A stretch of 62,551 nt of DNA, the filler included, from Collodictyon triciliatum (taxonomy: Eukaryota): assembly GCA_043381765.1 (NCBI GenBank). It is 11 parts of 11 records of this genome, joined end to end, with 100 filler letters (N's around TTAATTAATTAA, not from the genome) between each part and the next. Parts side by side here need not be neighbours in the genome. Positions count along the whole stretch, not along the records: positions 48,071 to 53,973 come from JBHJMP010004851.1; positions 54,074 to 59,980 come from JBHJMP010004852.1; positions 60,081 to 62,551 come from JBHJMP010004860.1; 8 more parts are not named here. One strand, written 5' to 3'. Position 1 is the first letter of the stretch. The number at the start of each line of letters is the position of its first letter. The notes under the pieces were generated by a model. That model had not been told where the DNA came from, did no database searches, and saw nothing but the letters and a program-made list of their open reading frames with translations. Below, in pieces: positions 48,268 to 60,802 of this stretch. Position numbers and translations under genes: made by a program.

Positions 48268-50663
48268 GACGTTTTCTACCCGTGGTTTTGTTCGTCGATC
48301 ATCGACCATTTATGATAACAAGTATCCTTTTGGGATTGGTCGGTGCATCTTTTTCATTATCTCCATTCACAACCTCTTTCTGATTTTTTTCCCTCACCTC
48401 CTTTCAAATGATTATAATACTATCGTTTGCTTCATTCTACGGGATATTTTTTATTGATGAATATTTTGCGAGCTTGTTTAAATCACATCCCTATTCAGGT
48501 CAAAATAGTTATTCGGAGGGAATATTTAAAAACGTAAAGATGTTTTCTAAGGCAAATTTTATTTAATCTTGGTTACTAGTTTTCGATATCGACGGAGTTT
48601 TGATTCGTGGGTATAATGCATTGCCCCATACCAAAAAAATTCTGCAGCGACTCGACTCAAAAAAGATTCCCTATACTTTTTTAACAAACGGAGGAGGTTT
48701 AACTGATTTGTATATTCCCTATACTTTCCTCAAAATTCCATCATTAATAACCGGAATAAAATGAGAGTTTTCTTTCTTTTCAAATTATATATTCGTGCGT
48801 GTCAACATATTACAAGAAATATTATTACGCATATTATATATGTGACTGTAACGCTCTTCGTTTGTCGTTTCTCAATAGAGTACGTGTGCTCTAGATAGCC
48901 TTAATTGATGAGTAAACAATTAAATAAAGGTCAACCCGAGTTTGTTAAGGCTTCTTCTCTTCAAAAGATTATTGGCTATCCTGTAAGTTTTTCATTGTGA
49001 TTCGGTATGTATATATGTTTTCCCTGAATTAATGTCTCTAAAAAGTAATGTATGTATATCACAGATTGATGGAGAAAGGGTAATCCTTTCTCATTCTCCG
49101 ATGAGGGCCCTTGTTCCGGAATTCAAGGATAAATTTGTTCTCCTTGTGGGTAGTGGGCCGATAGAGTCCGTCGCAAAACAGTAATTACCCCTGAACCAAC
49201 AACACACATGTACATTACCTAGGATGGAAGCAATTCTTTTTGAATATATATTTCTTCACTTCATAATTGAATTTAATTTGATGTGAACAATATTCTTTGT
49301 GATTTATTGATACGCGTTTTGAAATCCTTTAGTTATGGGTTTAAAAAATACATGACCTTGGAAAATTACGCAAAGTGTAATCCAGACCTCTTTCCATTTC
49401 GTACTTATGAGAAGAAGGTAATTCTGAGTCCACGTATATTATGGTTTTGTTTTTAGAGGGAATGAAATAATTGACATCGCCCTTATCTCTGCATTCTTCC
49501 AGTCGCCAAAAAAAAAATTGTTATTTCACAGGAAATTACACCTACGCCCCCAGTGGATTGTATCTTAGTAATTAATGATTCTGTTGAATGGGGAGAAAAT
49601 CTTCAAGTTAGATTCATGATTTCACGCGAGAATAACTGGCTCTTATCTTCCTCTTTTTTTTCACTCCATCTGCTTTATCTAGGCAAACATTGTGACCTTG
49701 TAACTAGTTTAATATAAAGACAAAGAAATATGTTTTCCCTTCAATTTTTCTTCTTTTTTTAATAGATTCTTGTTGATGTTTTGGCATCTGACGGAACTCC
49801 TGGGAGATTATCTAGCAAGCAAATTGTTCCTATTCATTTCTCGAATCCCGATTTCGTTTGGAGTGCAGGTTTTCTTTGATTTCAAAAAAAACTAGATCCA
49901 GGATAATCTTGTTACACACAAGCTTCAATGGTATCGAATTTCACAGGGAACTTCATACTAAATTGAAAGCTTTTTTAGAAAATGAATTATCTTGAAGTCA
50001 GGTTTTAGGTGAGTTTATTATAACTGTGCCTATTTGTAGCATTCCCGTTGCCTAGATTTGCTCAAGGAGCTTTCAAGGAATGTCTCCAACATTTATATAA
50101 GGTGGTCTTGAAAGTTACAATTGGAATTTGTTTTCAGATATTTGGCTAGCAGCATAATTTTAACTTCGTCGTGGAAAAATAACCAACTTCTTGTAATTAT
50201 TATAACAGAGAGTCTCTGGACGCGACTTAGAGTATGTGCAATATGGAAAGCCTACAGATACAACATATCTTTATGCTGAAAACGTCTTTAAAAATTTGTA
50301 CGGTGATGGTATTCAGCGATACTATGCTATTGGAGACAATCCGACGTCAGGTTCTACTAATGTTAATTATTTTTTTTTGTCATAATAATCTTCTTTTATT
50401 TTCTTCTTCTTTTTTCTCAGCTATTATCGCTTATTCAAACTTTTAAAATGGCATTGTCTGTCGCAGATATCCGTGGTGCTAGGAATGCTAGAATCCGCCA
50501 TTCCAATGACAAGTCCAGCAAGGTTAATTGGACCTCTTTTCTTGTTCGAACTGGGTGCTTCCAACATGGTGAGAATGATTCCCAAGACCCAGCAGATTAT
50601 GTCTGTGATGATGTCGATAAAGCTGTCGAGACTATTTTGACGCTTGAAGGACTCTCGAATTAA
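48268..50663 (+). CDS. HDHD5: HAD-superfamily IIA hydrolase, HDHD5/CECR5-like (5'-partial)
   Basis: FGI|VFDIDGVL, FLTNGGG, SHSPM, FSNPDFVW, PRFAQGAF, YGKP, YAIGDNPTSDIRGA, WTSFLVRTG; stop 50661-50663. Confidence 0.93.
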
Positions 50664-51187
50664 AAATTAAATAAATATGGAGGAAAGTTCCAAAAAAAAA
50701 ATACTTGTGTTTAGGAAAGCTTTTACTTACAAGAAATATGAATGAAAAAAATGAAATTTTACACGCGTTTTGATTTTCTCATTTCATGGTATATCATCGT
50801 TGTATATTCAGGTATGGATTAAAATCTTCATTCCAAGCTAGTATGATTAAGACGTTGCGTCTTCTATTTCATGTGATTTAATTGTATTACTTATGCATTA
50901 TGCATTCCTCATTTTTATTCATTCGCTTTTTGCTTACCATTCTATTTTATTTTTACAAACTGTCTCTTCATATACTTGTAAGAAATCTTTCGAATCTAAT
51001 GATTATTTACTCTAGCAGCAAAATTGTAACGAACCCAGCTAACTGGGATGATTTATAAGTTTTTGTTGAGCATAGTCTTCGTTATTATAGAATAGCTTGA
51101 ATGTTCTCTGCAAAGAAGGGTGTTTACAATAGAAAAGAAAGCCTTTGGAACTATGGGGGCGGGGGCTGCAGATTGCTCTTTCGGTAA

Positions 51188-51284
51188 TTGTTTGTTTGTT
51201 TGTTTGTTTGTTTGTTTGTTTGTTTGTTTGTTTGTTTGTTTGTTTGTTTGTTTGTTTGTTTGTTTGTTTGTTTGTTTGTTTGTT
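51188..51284. repeat. (TTTG)n microsatellite
   Basis: Direct reading; also at 20873-20956 and 23331-23380. Confidence 0.95.
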
Positions 51285-51365
51285 TCAGTTCTTTGGGGAC
51301 TTTTTCTTAAAAAAAAAAAAAAAAATTGCTCGATTGGACTGTCACGTTCTATTCCTGCTTTTCAT

Positions 51366-53855
51366 TCAAGTCTTTTCAGTCACATGTTCGGATATGAAAG
51401 ACAAGAATCGCATTCCATAAGCCTGTGGGTCAATACACGAAATAGCATGCGCATCCCATCTTAGAAGTCTACAATCATTGCCAAATATAAGAATTCGTAA
51501 GAGGGAGTTTAGTCACGCAACAATTGAAACGTCTATCAGAAGCAAAAGGCAAAAGTAAAATGAACTGTATTGAAATTTCTTCACGGTGACTGATAGAGTA
51601 AATCAAACTTTGTCTTGAAGAAATGCTCTATCCTCTTTTGGTGGTTATATTCTTGTAGAAAATCTATGATTCCTACAAATATTCGAGGGTGCTCTACTCA
51701 TCGACATACGGGTCCAACGTGGTGGTTGTTTGCGTTAGTCATATACTAAACGGACAGGCACTCAAGAGTATTCACAACACTTTCCAAAAAAAAAAAAACT
51801 TACAGCTGGACTATTTTTTCTTTTGTATTCGCTTTTTCATAATTAAATCATCCCGCCAAAAACCATAGAAATAAAACAAATCGAAAACCTTTTGTTCCGA
51901 TGTCTGTGCTTACTGTAGATTGGATGCTCAATCGCTTAGCTCCATCATACTGACTCTGTCTGAATGGACTACCAAAATAACTTTGATTTATTAGGTGCAT
52001 ACTGCTAGCTTAATGTTTTACCGATTATGTTATTCTTCTGTGTGTCAAATGGACAAATCATACAAACCCAAAGTCAGGAATTCCAACAAGTAAGCTGTAA
52101 TCCATAACGTTCATTTTGATTAAAAACTCTACATCATAACGTAGCTACATAAGGTGGATTTTTTTTGGTTTAATTACTGTAATTATTGGTCGATTTATGT
52201 ATATAAGTGCGCCACAAGAATAACAAATGAAAATATTGACTACATTACCGCCTCAAGAAATGGATTCAATTGCGATGGTGGGAAGCTGATTTTCCCTTCG
52301 TTCAGTATGAATTCTGCATCTTTGAGAGTATTTTGCATGGCTATATCCAAAAGAGTTAAATAATATCGTGAAAATTACAATAGCAGAAGGTATAGTGAAA
52401 GATACACGAATTCTTTTAAGAATACAAAAAAAAAATGAAAGCCTACTCTTCATCTTATCCTTTCCTTTTAACCATAGGCCCTTGGAGACCAGATTCTTTC
52501 GACTAAAGCAATATTGCATATCACAATAACGATTTGCAATCACATCAAAAAAAAAACCTTGATACATACCCACAATTCTTTTTCTTTTCACACAGCACTA
52601 ATTTACTTGAATGTAAATTTAAGTGTAATTTCTTTACATAGAAATTTATGTTAATAGTTACGTCGGGTCGTGTGTAATGGTGTTTCCAACCACGCTCCTA
52701 CCAGCTGTTGAGCCTTTCAAATCATACTTTCTCACACGAGTGTTTGGCTATTTATTTTTGTTAAAAGCAAAACGTCAGTATTCTTGAAATTGATATACAT
52801 ATATATATATATGTGTGTGTCTGGAGGGGTAACGGTCACTCGGACCAGTATTTAGAGTTACCATCACATTTTTCATCACAACAAGATATGTTGTCGCGCC
52901 ATACATTTTCAACGCATGAAGGCCAACATACTAACGGATATACATTATGGTTGTAAAATAGAAATATGCTATTATATACTGCAAGCTTAACTATCTTAAC
53001 TTTGGTAAAATTTTAAGACTGCATTATATTGTATGAAATTTATGTTGAATATGTTCTTTTTAATTTAAAAAAAACTTTTGTTAGATTAGAATTTTGGTGA
53101 TGTGTTATGTGCTCATAGTAAGACGGAAGGATTTTCAGCATAGAATTTTTCTCCTCTTGGCTCTGTGTGTATAATAACGATGTTAAAAAAAAAAGGCAAG
53201 ATTTTGAGTTTCGAATCGTGCATACCTAAAAGCAAGTAGTTCAATCATATATATGTAGATTACAAAGAAGAGGAAAAACTTGCGGAAGGAAATTTACAAT
53301 AGTTTTGACGATATATTTTCCGTCTTCTGTGAAATACAAAAAACTTCCGCTTTTGCCTTCAGAGAATCTCTCTTTCATATCTTTCAGGAGACATAAATAA
53401 TTTAAAATGGAGAAAAAGAGAAATGGTCGAAAAAGGCAGAGAATTTGGACTTCTGAAATGATATTGTCCGATCGAAAAGTATAAAAATTCCGAAATTGAT
53501 TCAAAGCTACCCCTGTCAGGTCGAAACGAATTTGAATACATGTGAGTGTCTACTCCATTCATCTCACGGATTTGACGGAAAACCCTCATTGCATACGATT
53601 TGAACCGAAACTTAACGCCAGATTTAACTCCTTGGACTTTCAACAGAAGAACTTAATGATATGTGGGGTTTAAAACAATATATTTGGTAAATAAATGTAA
53701 AATAAAGATAAAAAATGACAAGAAAATATAAAGACGTGTGCTGATCTAGTACAATAAAATAAAATAAACCCAAAAATGAAATAATAGAAAGTACCGGAAT
53801 CAAAGTCAAACTTCTTCATTCCTTGAGATAGGCTATGTCCAGGACCTGCAGCCAT
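51366..53855 (-). CDS. Phosphatidylinositol phosphate kinase (PIP5K type I/Mss4-like), probably 5'-partial
   Basis: FRFKSYAMRVFRQIR, SEGKSGSFLYFTEDGKYIVKTI, VVMKNV, KYDLKGST, TLKD, MDYSLLVGI, GIIDFLQEY, ISCIDPQAYGMRFLSFI. Confidence 0.93.
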
Positions 53856-54073
53856 CTAACAAAAAAACACATATTTTTTATTCTTTTATTTTTATTCTTT
53901 TATTTTTATTCTTTTATTTTTATTCTTTTATTTTTATTCTTTTATTTTTATTCTTTTATTTTTATTCTTTTATNNNNNNNNNNNNNNNNNNNNNNNNNNN
54001 NNNNNNNNNNNNNNNNNTTAATTAATTAANNNNNNNNNNNNNNNNNNNNNNNNNNNNNNNNNNNNNNNNNNNN

Positions 54074-54930
54074 TGGTCAGGTGGGCGTCCCAACTGGTTG
54101 ATTGGTTGCGTGGGTAGCAGGGGTTGGATATGCTGTGGGAGATATCGCACGACACATTCCCACATCTCTCTTCGCTTGCGGTCAGAGTAGCGAAGAATGC
54201 GAGCGTGTTTCAGCAGGCTGTTCAGGAAGCTGTTTTGTACGAGGCTTTCCAGTCTGGATACATTGATTTCTCGTTCAGGTGAATAACTGGAGCGAGAGAA
54301 TGCACGCACACTCCATAAGGCCCACAGCATATGTCCCCTTGTGACTGTCCAGAGTATTCTAGAGTCGTGGGACATTTGGTATTGTGGGCCAAACAGGATG
54401 TCAGACGCGCTGAGTCGGTTGGGAACATAATCAAGCTCAGAGAGCATCTTGTGAGTAGATTCTGTCACTTTTTGAGCAAGAGAGCACTTCACAAATGTGT
54501 GTTCGATAGAGTCATATCCACTATGGCACATGGTGCATTCTGGAGAGGTCGTTGCTGCATAGACTACACATGCACCTATCCACAGCTCTCTGTTGGAGAT
54601 ATTGAAAGTAGGGCGCGGTGTTTTGGGAGTAGCTGGTGTATGCGGACTTGCTTCCAGCTTTATATTTCTGATTATTCGTAGTGATGAAGTTGCAGCAGAT
54701 GTCTTCCAGCTCCTTCAGCCTCTTGAGATTCAGCAAAGTGCCTTTCGTGTTGCAATTATGGGTCGACAGCATCACTTGATTCCACAACCTTACTTTTCCC
54801 ACGTCCGAGAGATGAAAGTTGCTCCGCACTGATATTTTCGACTTGATTTCCTCAACCAGGCTTGTCCATTTGTTATCCGATTGTGGACCGAGGATGATAC
54901 CAAGATACATGAGTGGATATGAGGGTGGCT
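54074..54930 (-). mobile_element. Non-LTR retrotransposon (L1/Tx1-like) family B fragment: RT C-terminus + zf-RVT/CCHC, frameshifted, apparently internally deleted
   Basis: YLGIILG..W..LSDVGKVRL (end of RT), WKQVRIHQLLPKHRALL, NRELWIG..CTMCHSGYDSIEHTFVKC, ILFGP, LWALWSVR. Confidence 0.88.
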
Positions 54931-55625
54931 TCTACAAAATGCTTCCTGGAAACATAAATCCATCCTGAAAACCAATAGGGAGCTATGGATAGGCACACGC
55001 GCGGCAAAAGCTGGCAAAGTCTCCCAAAATGCACACTTTGCAGCAACGGTGATGAATCCATTGAGCACACATTTGTGTAATGTCCCTTCACTCAAAACCT
55101 GCGCGAAACAGCCGGTGAGATTCTTCGACTGACACTCAAGACGGCTGCGGCTGTTGGCTCAATCCAGGCGATATTTGGGCCTCTGCAACAACTGCGTACA
55201 GAGGCAAAAACATTCTGGGCAGTGACGCGAGGCCATTTACTATGGACTGTGTGGATAGCGCTCATATATTCACGCAAAGCAAGACTCAACAACCAGCCAC
55301 CCATTCCTGATAATAGGCTGGATGACATCATACAAATCTCTTTCATCATCAGCTTCCTTCACCACCTACGCGTTCTCTACTACTCAGACCCCGTGAGAAG
55401 AGACATGTGGAAAGAAGCTGAGAAGGAGATTAAACCTCGCCTTGTATCTCTCATGCAGGCACAAGACCCAGGCTACAGGCCAAACCGCAGGATGCAATTC
55501 CTGATTACCGACTACTTCTCCGCCACCCGGCCGACAAGTAGCGTCCATGCAAACGATGGCTAGCGAACCAAAGCCAACACCCCCCCGGTCCTGCACAAAA
55601 GTTGAAAGGAAGAATAAAAAAAAAA
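54931..55625 (+). mobile_element. 5'-truncated L1/Tx1-like LINE family A (zf-RVT to poly(A)), pseudogenised
   Basis: NRELWIG..[frameshift]PKCTLCSNGDESIEHTFV*C, IFGP, FWAVTRGHLLWTVWIA..HANDG*. 3'UTR ends CCTGCACAAAAGTTGAAAGGAAGAATAn. Confidence 0.9.
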
Positions 55626-58010
55626 TCTTCAGCCGTAGATGCGATTAATTCCTAAAATTGACACGATATCAACATCATTCTCGGTTTATCTAAACAAATT
55701 ATCTAGTGCCTCATGTTTACGGACACTACACCTATTTTTGCGGGCTGTTACAGGACGGTGTCTTGATGCATTATAAGACATTTAGTTTTACGCGGGACGC
55801 ATCTCTATGCACTAATGTGTGACAAAAGACTGGTCGAAAGCACGACAAGTAGACAAATGTCCCACATGATCTAATGAAAGAAACAGGGCACCATATACCA
55901 GAAGACTGAATAGGACTGAAAGAAGTGTGATAGGTTATAGTAAAGTATTCAATCTCTGAAGCTTTTACAGATGATACGATAACACAATTGAATTAATTGA
56001 ATATTGTCTCTTGGAAGTCCAATTAACTATAAAGTAGAGACACAAGTCACCTGGTGATACAACTTCAACGCCTTTGCGAATGGAAAAAGAATTCTCTCAA
56101 GCAGTTACAATGAATTGTTCAACTTGTGGATATGAGCTCGTTAGAGGTTGAAGTATGAAGATTTTTGTGTTAATAAAACATAAATAACAGATAGAAAAAT
56201 ACCAGAGTATAATGGGACAGACAAATTAGGGCTGACAAAAAAAAAAGCCAATACAATTATTGAAAAGTAATTGATATGCGCTAAGATTGAAACAGATGAA
56301 AATATTGACCGCTATAAAATTTTAATCGGGCAGGCGGCAAAAATAGTGAGAATATAAACCCATGAGACTATCATAAACGTATATTTTTAATTGCATAATT
56401 GAACAATAAATATATTAACGATGTAAATATATATTGTTTATGATTTAAATGCATCTAATCAAACTCATCAGTAACAGAAATTTGCATAGGTTTTATAACT
56501 TGATTGTAATAAGAAATAAATAATTGCTCATGTCTCCTAAAATTGTAGACGTGCTCTCGAAATTAAGTAAAGTATGTTTATTCGGTGGTGATGAGGTTTC
56601 TGAAATACATCATTAAATACCTCATGAAATAGAATCAAGATGGTGCCTAAATAAAGCTGTTTGAAAGGCTTGAATGACTTTTTACCGGGACTATGACCAA
56701 AACAATACATTTGTCAGACAGATATCACATGCAAGAATGTATAAATGGACGATTTTGATTATTAGTTGGATTGTCTGCAGAACGATTGGAACTCTGCCGT
56801 AATACCAATCGCCTCTAGTATATCGATAAAACGTGAAAAATAAAATAACAGAACCGACAGAGCTAAGCTACAAAACTCTGCTTCGTATGTTGGGGAAAAT
56901 CCATACAAACCTAGAATAATGAACATAAATATTTTTCAGAATCACATATTATGAGGCATTTGTCTAAAGGGAATTATTAAAACATAAGAACATGTCCGGT
57001 GTAAATTCGGCTTTCTATATGCCAAACCCACGATTTTTTTCTCTTTTACTCGATTCACAATATTCCAGAACCAAGATACCTACATATACTTTTTTCCCTT
57101 TACTCTTTTCAGGGCTGTCTCCACATATTATATGTAATCATTATTCTCAGCACAGAGGCAGGCGGGCTAAGGTGGTCATCCAATTTGTATTTTACCTTCA
57201 CAAGAAAAGTGTTTGTGTATTGTTAGCAAAAAAAAAAAAAAAAATGTACAGAAAAAAAGCATAGAATTCTATATTCAAATAGAAAGATTGCCCATGCATT
57301 CTTTTTATCCACTCAGAGAAACAAAAATTCAAGCTTGAAATCTGCAACTGAAGGCTTGCATATTGATGCAGTTGAATAGTACGTGAACTTTAATGCGTCG
57401 AGGATTCATTAATGTAGATATACTTTGTGCTCTTGTAATGTCTGTACAAATAACATTATGTCTCTTTAGTTATCAATTTCCAATTATAAACGTAGCATAT
57501 TAAAGATTATGGCTGAAAAAATAGCCTGACCACTTGAACTATATACCAATCACTGAGACGTGCAAGATAAAAGAATCGTTTTTGTTGGGGAAGCCACAGA
57601 GGAAATGATCAGCCGAGGCACTGACACTAGGGAAATTCCTTCCTTAAGGTTTGCAAGTTAAGTATTGAGAGTTTCTCGGATGGGTTGTGTGTATTGCAAG
57701 GGAGATTTACCATAGACCTGCCAAACCGGCCTAGTGGAGGCAACCGAAAAACGAGAACACCACAGAAAACCGGGCGCTTCCACGGCGTAATCCACATAAG
57801 TAAATCTTAACCGATAAAATAAGACCTAATTAAGTAATCGATCTGTTGTGTTTTCTTGCGAAGCGAAAAAAATAATTAGTTGAATGATCAGCAAACAACA
57901 GAGTAAAGGAATAAAAAAAATAGGAAAAAAAACAGAAGAAAAAAAAAAAGAAAAAAGAGACAGAAAGAAAGGAATAAGCACCGCACTGAACGAACATAAC
58001 AGCATCGACT

Positions 58011-59501
58011 ATGCCGGCAACTGGCAGGAACAACCGAGTGCGCTGCATGGCGCTGGCCATTGTAGGCGCAGTCATCACGGCAATTGTCATAACATCGCTC
58101 GCTCTGTCTTTGGCGCGCCGCTTTTCCCAAACACCCATTCGCTCGGCCACCAAAGCCACGCAAGAGGGCGAAGCAGAGGCAAATCTTCCCCCACAAAGCA
58201 GAAGCCATCGCCCTGTCAACAACCACAAAGCCAGCAGTTTAGCGCATATTGAAAAGGAAGAAATACACTTTCCCCTTACACCACTCCGGGTTCTTGTTCT
58301 CTCTGACGTTCTTTCCCAGCACCTTCCGCCGCCAGCCTCTCTGCACTGGCGTGATGATATGCAGGATTTATTTCTGTATACGCCTGCGTCATTGGAAGTG
58401 GAGGATACCCTGCAAATATATTGGCCTGAAAAGCTCACCTTTCTCCTCAAGAAAAGCGGAGCGCAGCCCATCAACCGCCAAGGCTCGCAGCCGGGTCAAT
58501 GGCGATGGCGTCCGGCAAATGATGCACTTGGAAGTGAATCGCAGACGCCCAGGGAGTTTTGGCTTTCGATTGCCGATGCACAGGTGGATATGGTCTTTGA
58601 TGCCTATGTTGCAAGGGATAACTATGCCGTCTATGCACCAGGCTGTCTCCCACCCCAGCAAACCGCCGCTGTGAGAAATTACGCCAACTCTCTTCACAGC
58701 CGTTCCTTGTGCAGCTCGCGAAATTCTCTATCAAAGAGAGAAAAGAGACGCGCTGTTATGCTGTCCAGTGGTCTGTGGACTCACGAGTATTTTCATCTAT
58801 GGACAGAAACGTTGCCTCATTGGTTTTCTCTCCCAAATGAAATCCAGGATGACGAAAATGTATTTGTTCTTGTCGATGCGCGAGTGGAATATGTGTACCA
58901 CTCGCTGCATTTATTAAGAATAGCATCTTCTAGAATATTAGACCTCCACAGCCTTATATCAAATGGGATGAAAAAAGGCGAGGCACATGATGCACATGAT
59001 TTATGCTTCGACCAACTCATCATCCCAACTTACCCCATTTGCGGGAATCCGTCTCTACCGCAGCTAACTCTACTCAGGAAGCACCTGAACGTACCGAAAG
59101 AGAGTTCCTCTTTGAAATCGAAGCTGGCCATAGTGTTGGACCGAAAGGGAACGTCTCGTGATGTTCAAAATGCAGAGGATATGGCACGTGCTCTACGTCA
59201 ATCGCTCCCAGGTGATTGGAAAGTGCGTTTATATACACTGGAAGATGTCAAAACTACTCGCAATCTATTTTCCAAAGCAGACCTTATCATAGGCCACCAC
59301 GGAGCGGGGTTTGTCAATATGATATTCTCATCGAGACCCTTAATATTTGAGATACATGATGTACGCTATATGAATGCGTGCTATGCTTTCATGGCTCATA
59401 TATTAGGATTTCCATATCACGGCGTATTGGGAAGTATGAGCCTATATAATGTTAACTCGATTATACCTTTGATTAAAGACTTTATGCGGAGAAATTCATA
59501 A
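58011..59501 (+). CDS. Intronless type II membrane glycosyltransferase, GT61/DUF563 family
   Basis: 496-aa ORF with TM ALAIVGAVITAIVITSLALSL, EYFHLWTETLP, DR..SRDVQN, LFSKADLIIGHHGAGFVNMIFS..IFEI, YAFMAHILGFPY. Confidence 0.9.
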   Translation: MPATGRNNRVRCMALAIVGAVITAIVITSLALSLARRFSQTPIRSATKATQEGEAEANLPPQSRSHRPVNNHKASSLAHIEKEEIHFPLTPLRVLVLSDVLSQHLPPPASLHWRDDMQDLFLYTPASLEVEDTLQIYWPEKLTFLLKKSGAQPINRQGSQPGQWRWRPANDALGSESQTPREFWLSIADAQVDMVFDAYVARDNYAVYAPGCLPPQQTAAVRNYANSLHSRSLCSSRNSLSKREKRRAVMLSSGLWTHEYFHLWTETLPHWFSLPNEIQDDENVFVLVDARVEYVYHSLHLLRIASSRILDLHSLISNGMKKGEAHDAHDLCFDQLIIPTYPICGNPSLPQLTLLRKHLNVPKESSSLKSKLAIVLDRKGTSRDVQNAEDMARALRQSLPGDWKVRLYTLEDVKTTRNLFSKADLIIGHHGAGFVNMIFSSRPLIFEIHDVRYMNACYAFMAHILGFPYHGVLGSMSLYNVNSIIPLIKDFMRRNS

Positions 59502-59828
59502 AATACACAAACACTTACAAGACTGCGTGTCTAATATTTTTAAAGTATTTTCTTTATCAGGCAATCGTGCGTATACCAGTCCCTTCCTATCAAATAAGTG
59601 TCCTCTTTTGACTAAGATATATCCATCTGTATAAACGGTTCCTATGTAATTGTTGATAATTATTATATTTTTTTTTTTTTTTGGATTTTCGCAACAACGC
59701 CACATAAAATCATTCGGAGGCAGGGCTATTTCTTCGTTCTCGTTTTCAACCCTTGTCTACATATGTCGTTCGTGGCTAGGTTTTTGTGGATTATATATAT
59801 ATATATATATTTGTATATTATCGTTTAC

Positions 59829-59922
<94 letters not shown>

Positions 59923-60080
59923 TTATTCCTCGTTGGCTGTTCTGGATATTGTATCGGCTGATTCTCTCATTAATAATATTNNNNNNNNNNNNNNNNNNNN
60001 NNNNNNNNNNNNNNNNNNNNNNNNTTAATTAATTAANNNNNNNNNNNNNNNNNNNNNNNNNNNNNNNNNNNNNNNNNNNN

Positions 60081-60480
60081 CGTATGAGATGGGACGTCGT
60101 GAGCGCCATTCTCCTTTGTTGTTCAGGACGGCTGTGGTTGGGGTTGCATTCGAGGAGTGGAATATCGTTGCATTTTTCGGCGGTGCGAAGCTTCCATCCT
60201 TTTGGAAAGCGACTTGTTGCAGGATGAAGGAGTTGTTTCCTTCTCTCGACTTGATGATACAGAAACCTTTTGCTCTATCCCAGCAAAGTTGGCCCGTAAC
60301 AGCATGTAGTTGGGTAGACTCGCACATTTCACTGTTTTCATACAGAATCTTCCACCGCTCTATAACGGCTAAGGAGTATTTGAAAACCACAGCAAAGCAA
60401 AGAAAACCAGAACAGAGAAAACCAAATAAACAAGGATTAGAGGAGCGAATAAAAGCATTTTTAGATACGCACCTTATTTT
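60081..60480 (-). CDS. Partial hypothetical protein with an N-terminal hydrophobic segment, running off the contig
   Basis: Open frame of more than 130 codons on the minus strand (CLFGFLCSGFLCFAVVF..WDRAKGFCII..). Start not identified. Confidence 0.45.
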
Positions 60481-60802
60481 GATAATTCGTATCGTATAAT
60501 TTAAATTTCGGCTTTTTTTTTTAAAAAAAAAACACTTCTATTTTATTCACAGAAAAAAAAACCCCAACCCTCTCATATCGCACAAATGGAAAGGAAGAGT
60601 CGAAAAAGTTATTATTCACAGCAAAACTTTGTTCATGTAAGTAAATATGTAAGAACAGTGGTGTTTGTATTTAATTGATGCGAATGATTGTTTTTCATTC
60701 GTCAGAAAACATCTTCTCTACAGTCAAACGTTCGCCTACAAAAAAGTCATTTTTTGTGAGTGCGATAGAGCCAGGTGCGATACAAAATAAGATAGAAGCT
60801 AG

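Noticed and set aside
48322-48331. GTATCCTTTT resembling a U12 minor-intron donor
   Set aside because: It lies in the coding frame KYPFGI that splices in phase to VFDIDG of HDHD5.
55630-57830. Possible minus-strand multi-exon gene or ncRNA upstream of GT61
   Set aside because: Some phase-compatible blocks, but no motif and no snRNA or tRNA signature; unsupported.
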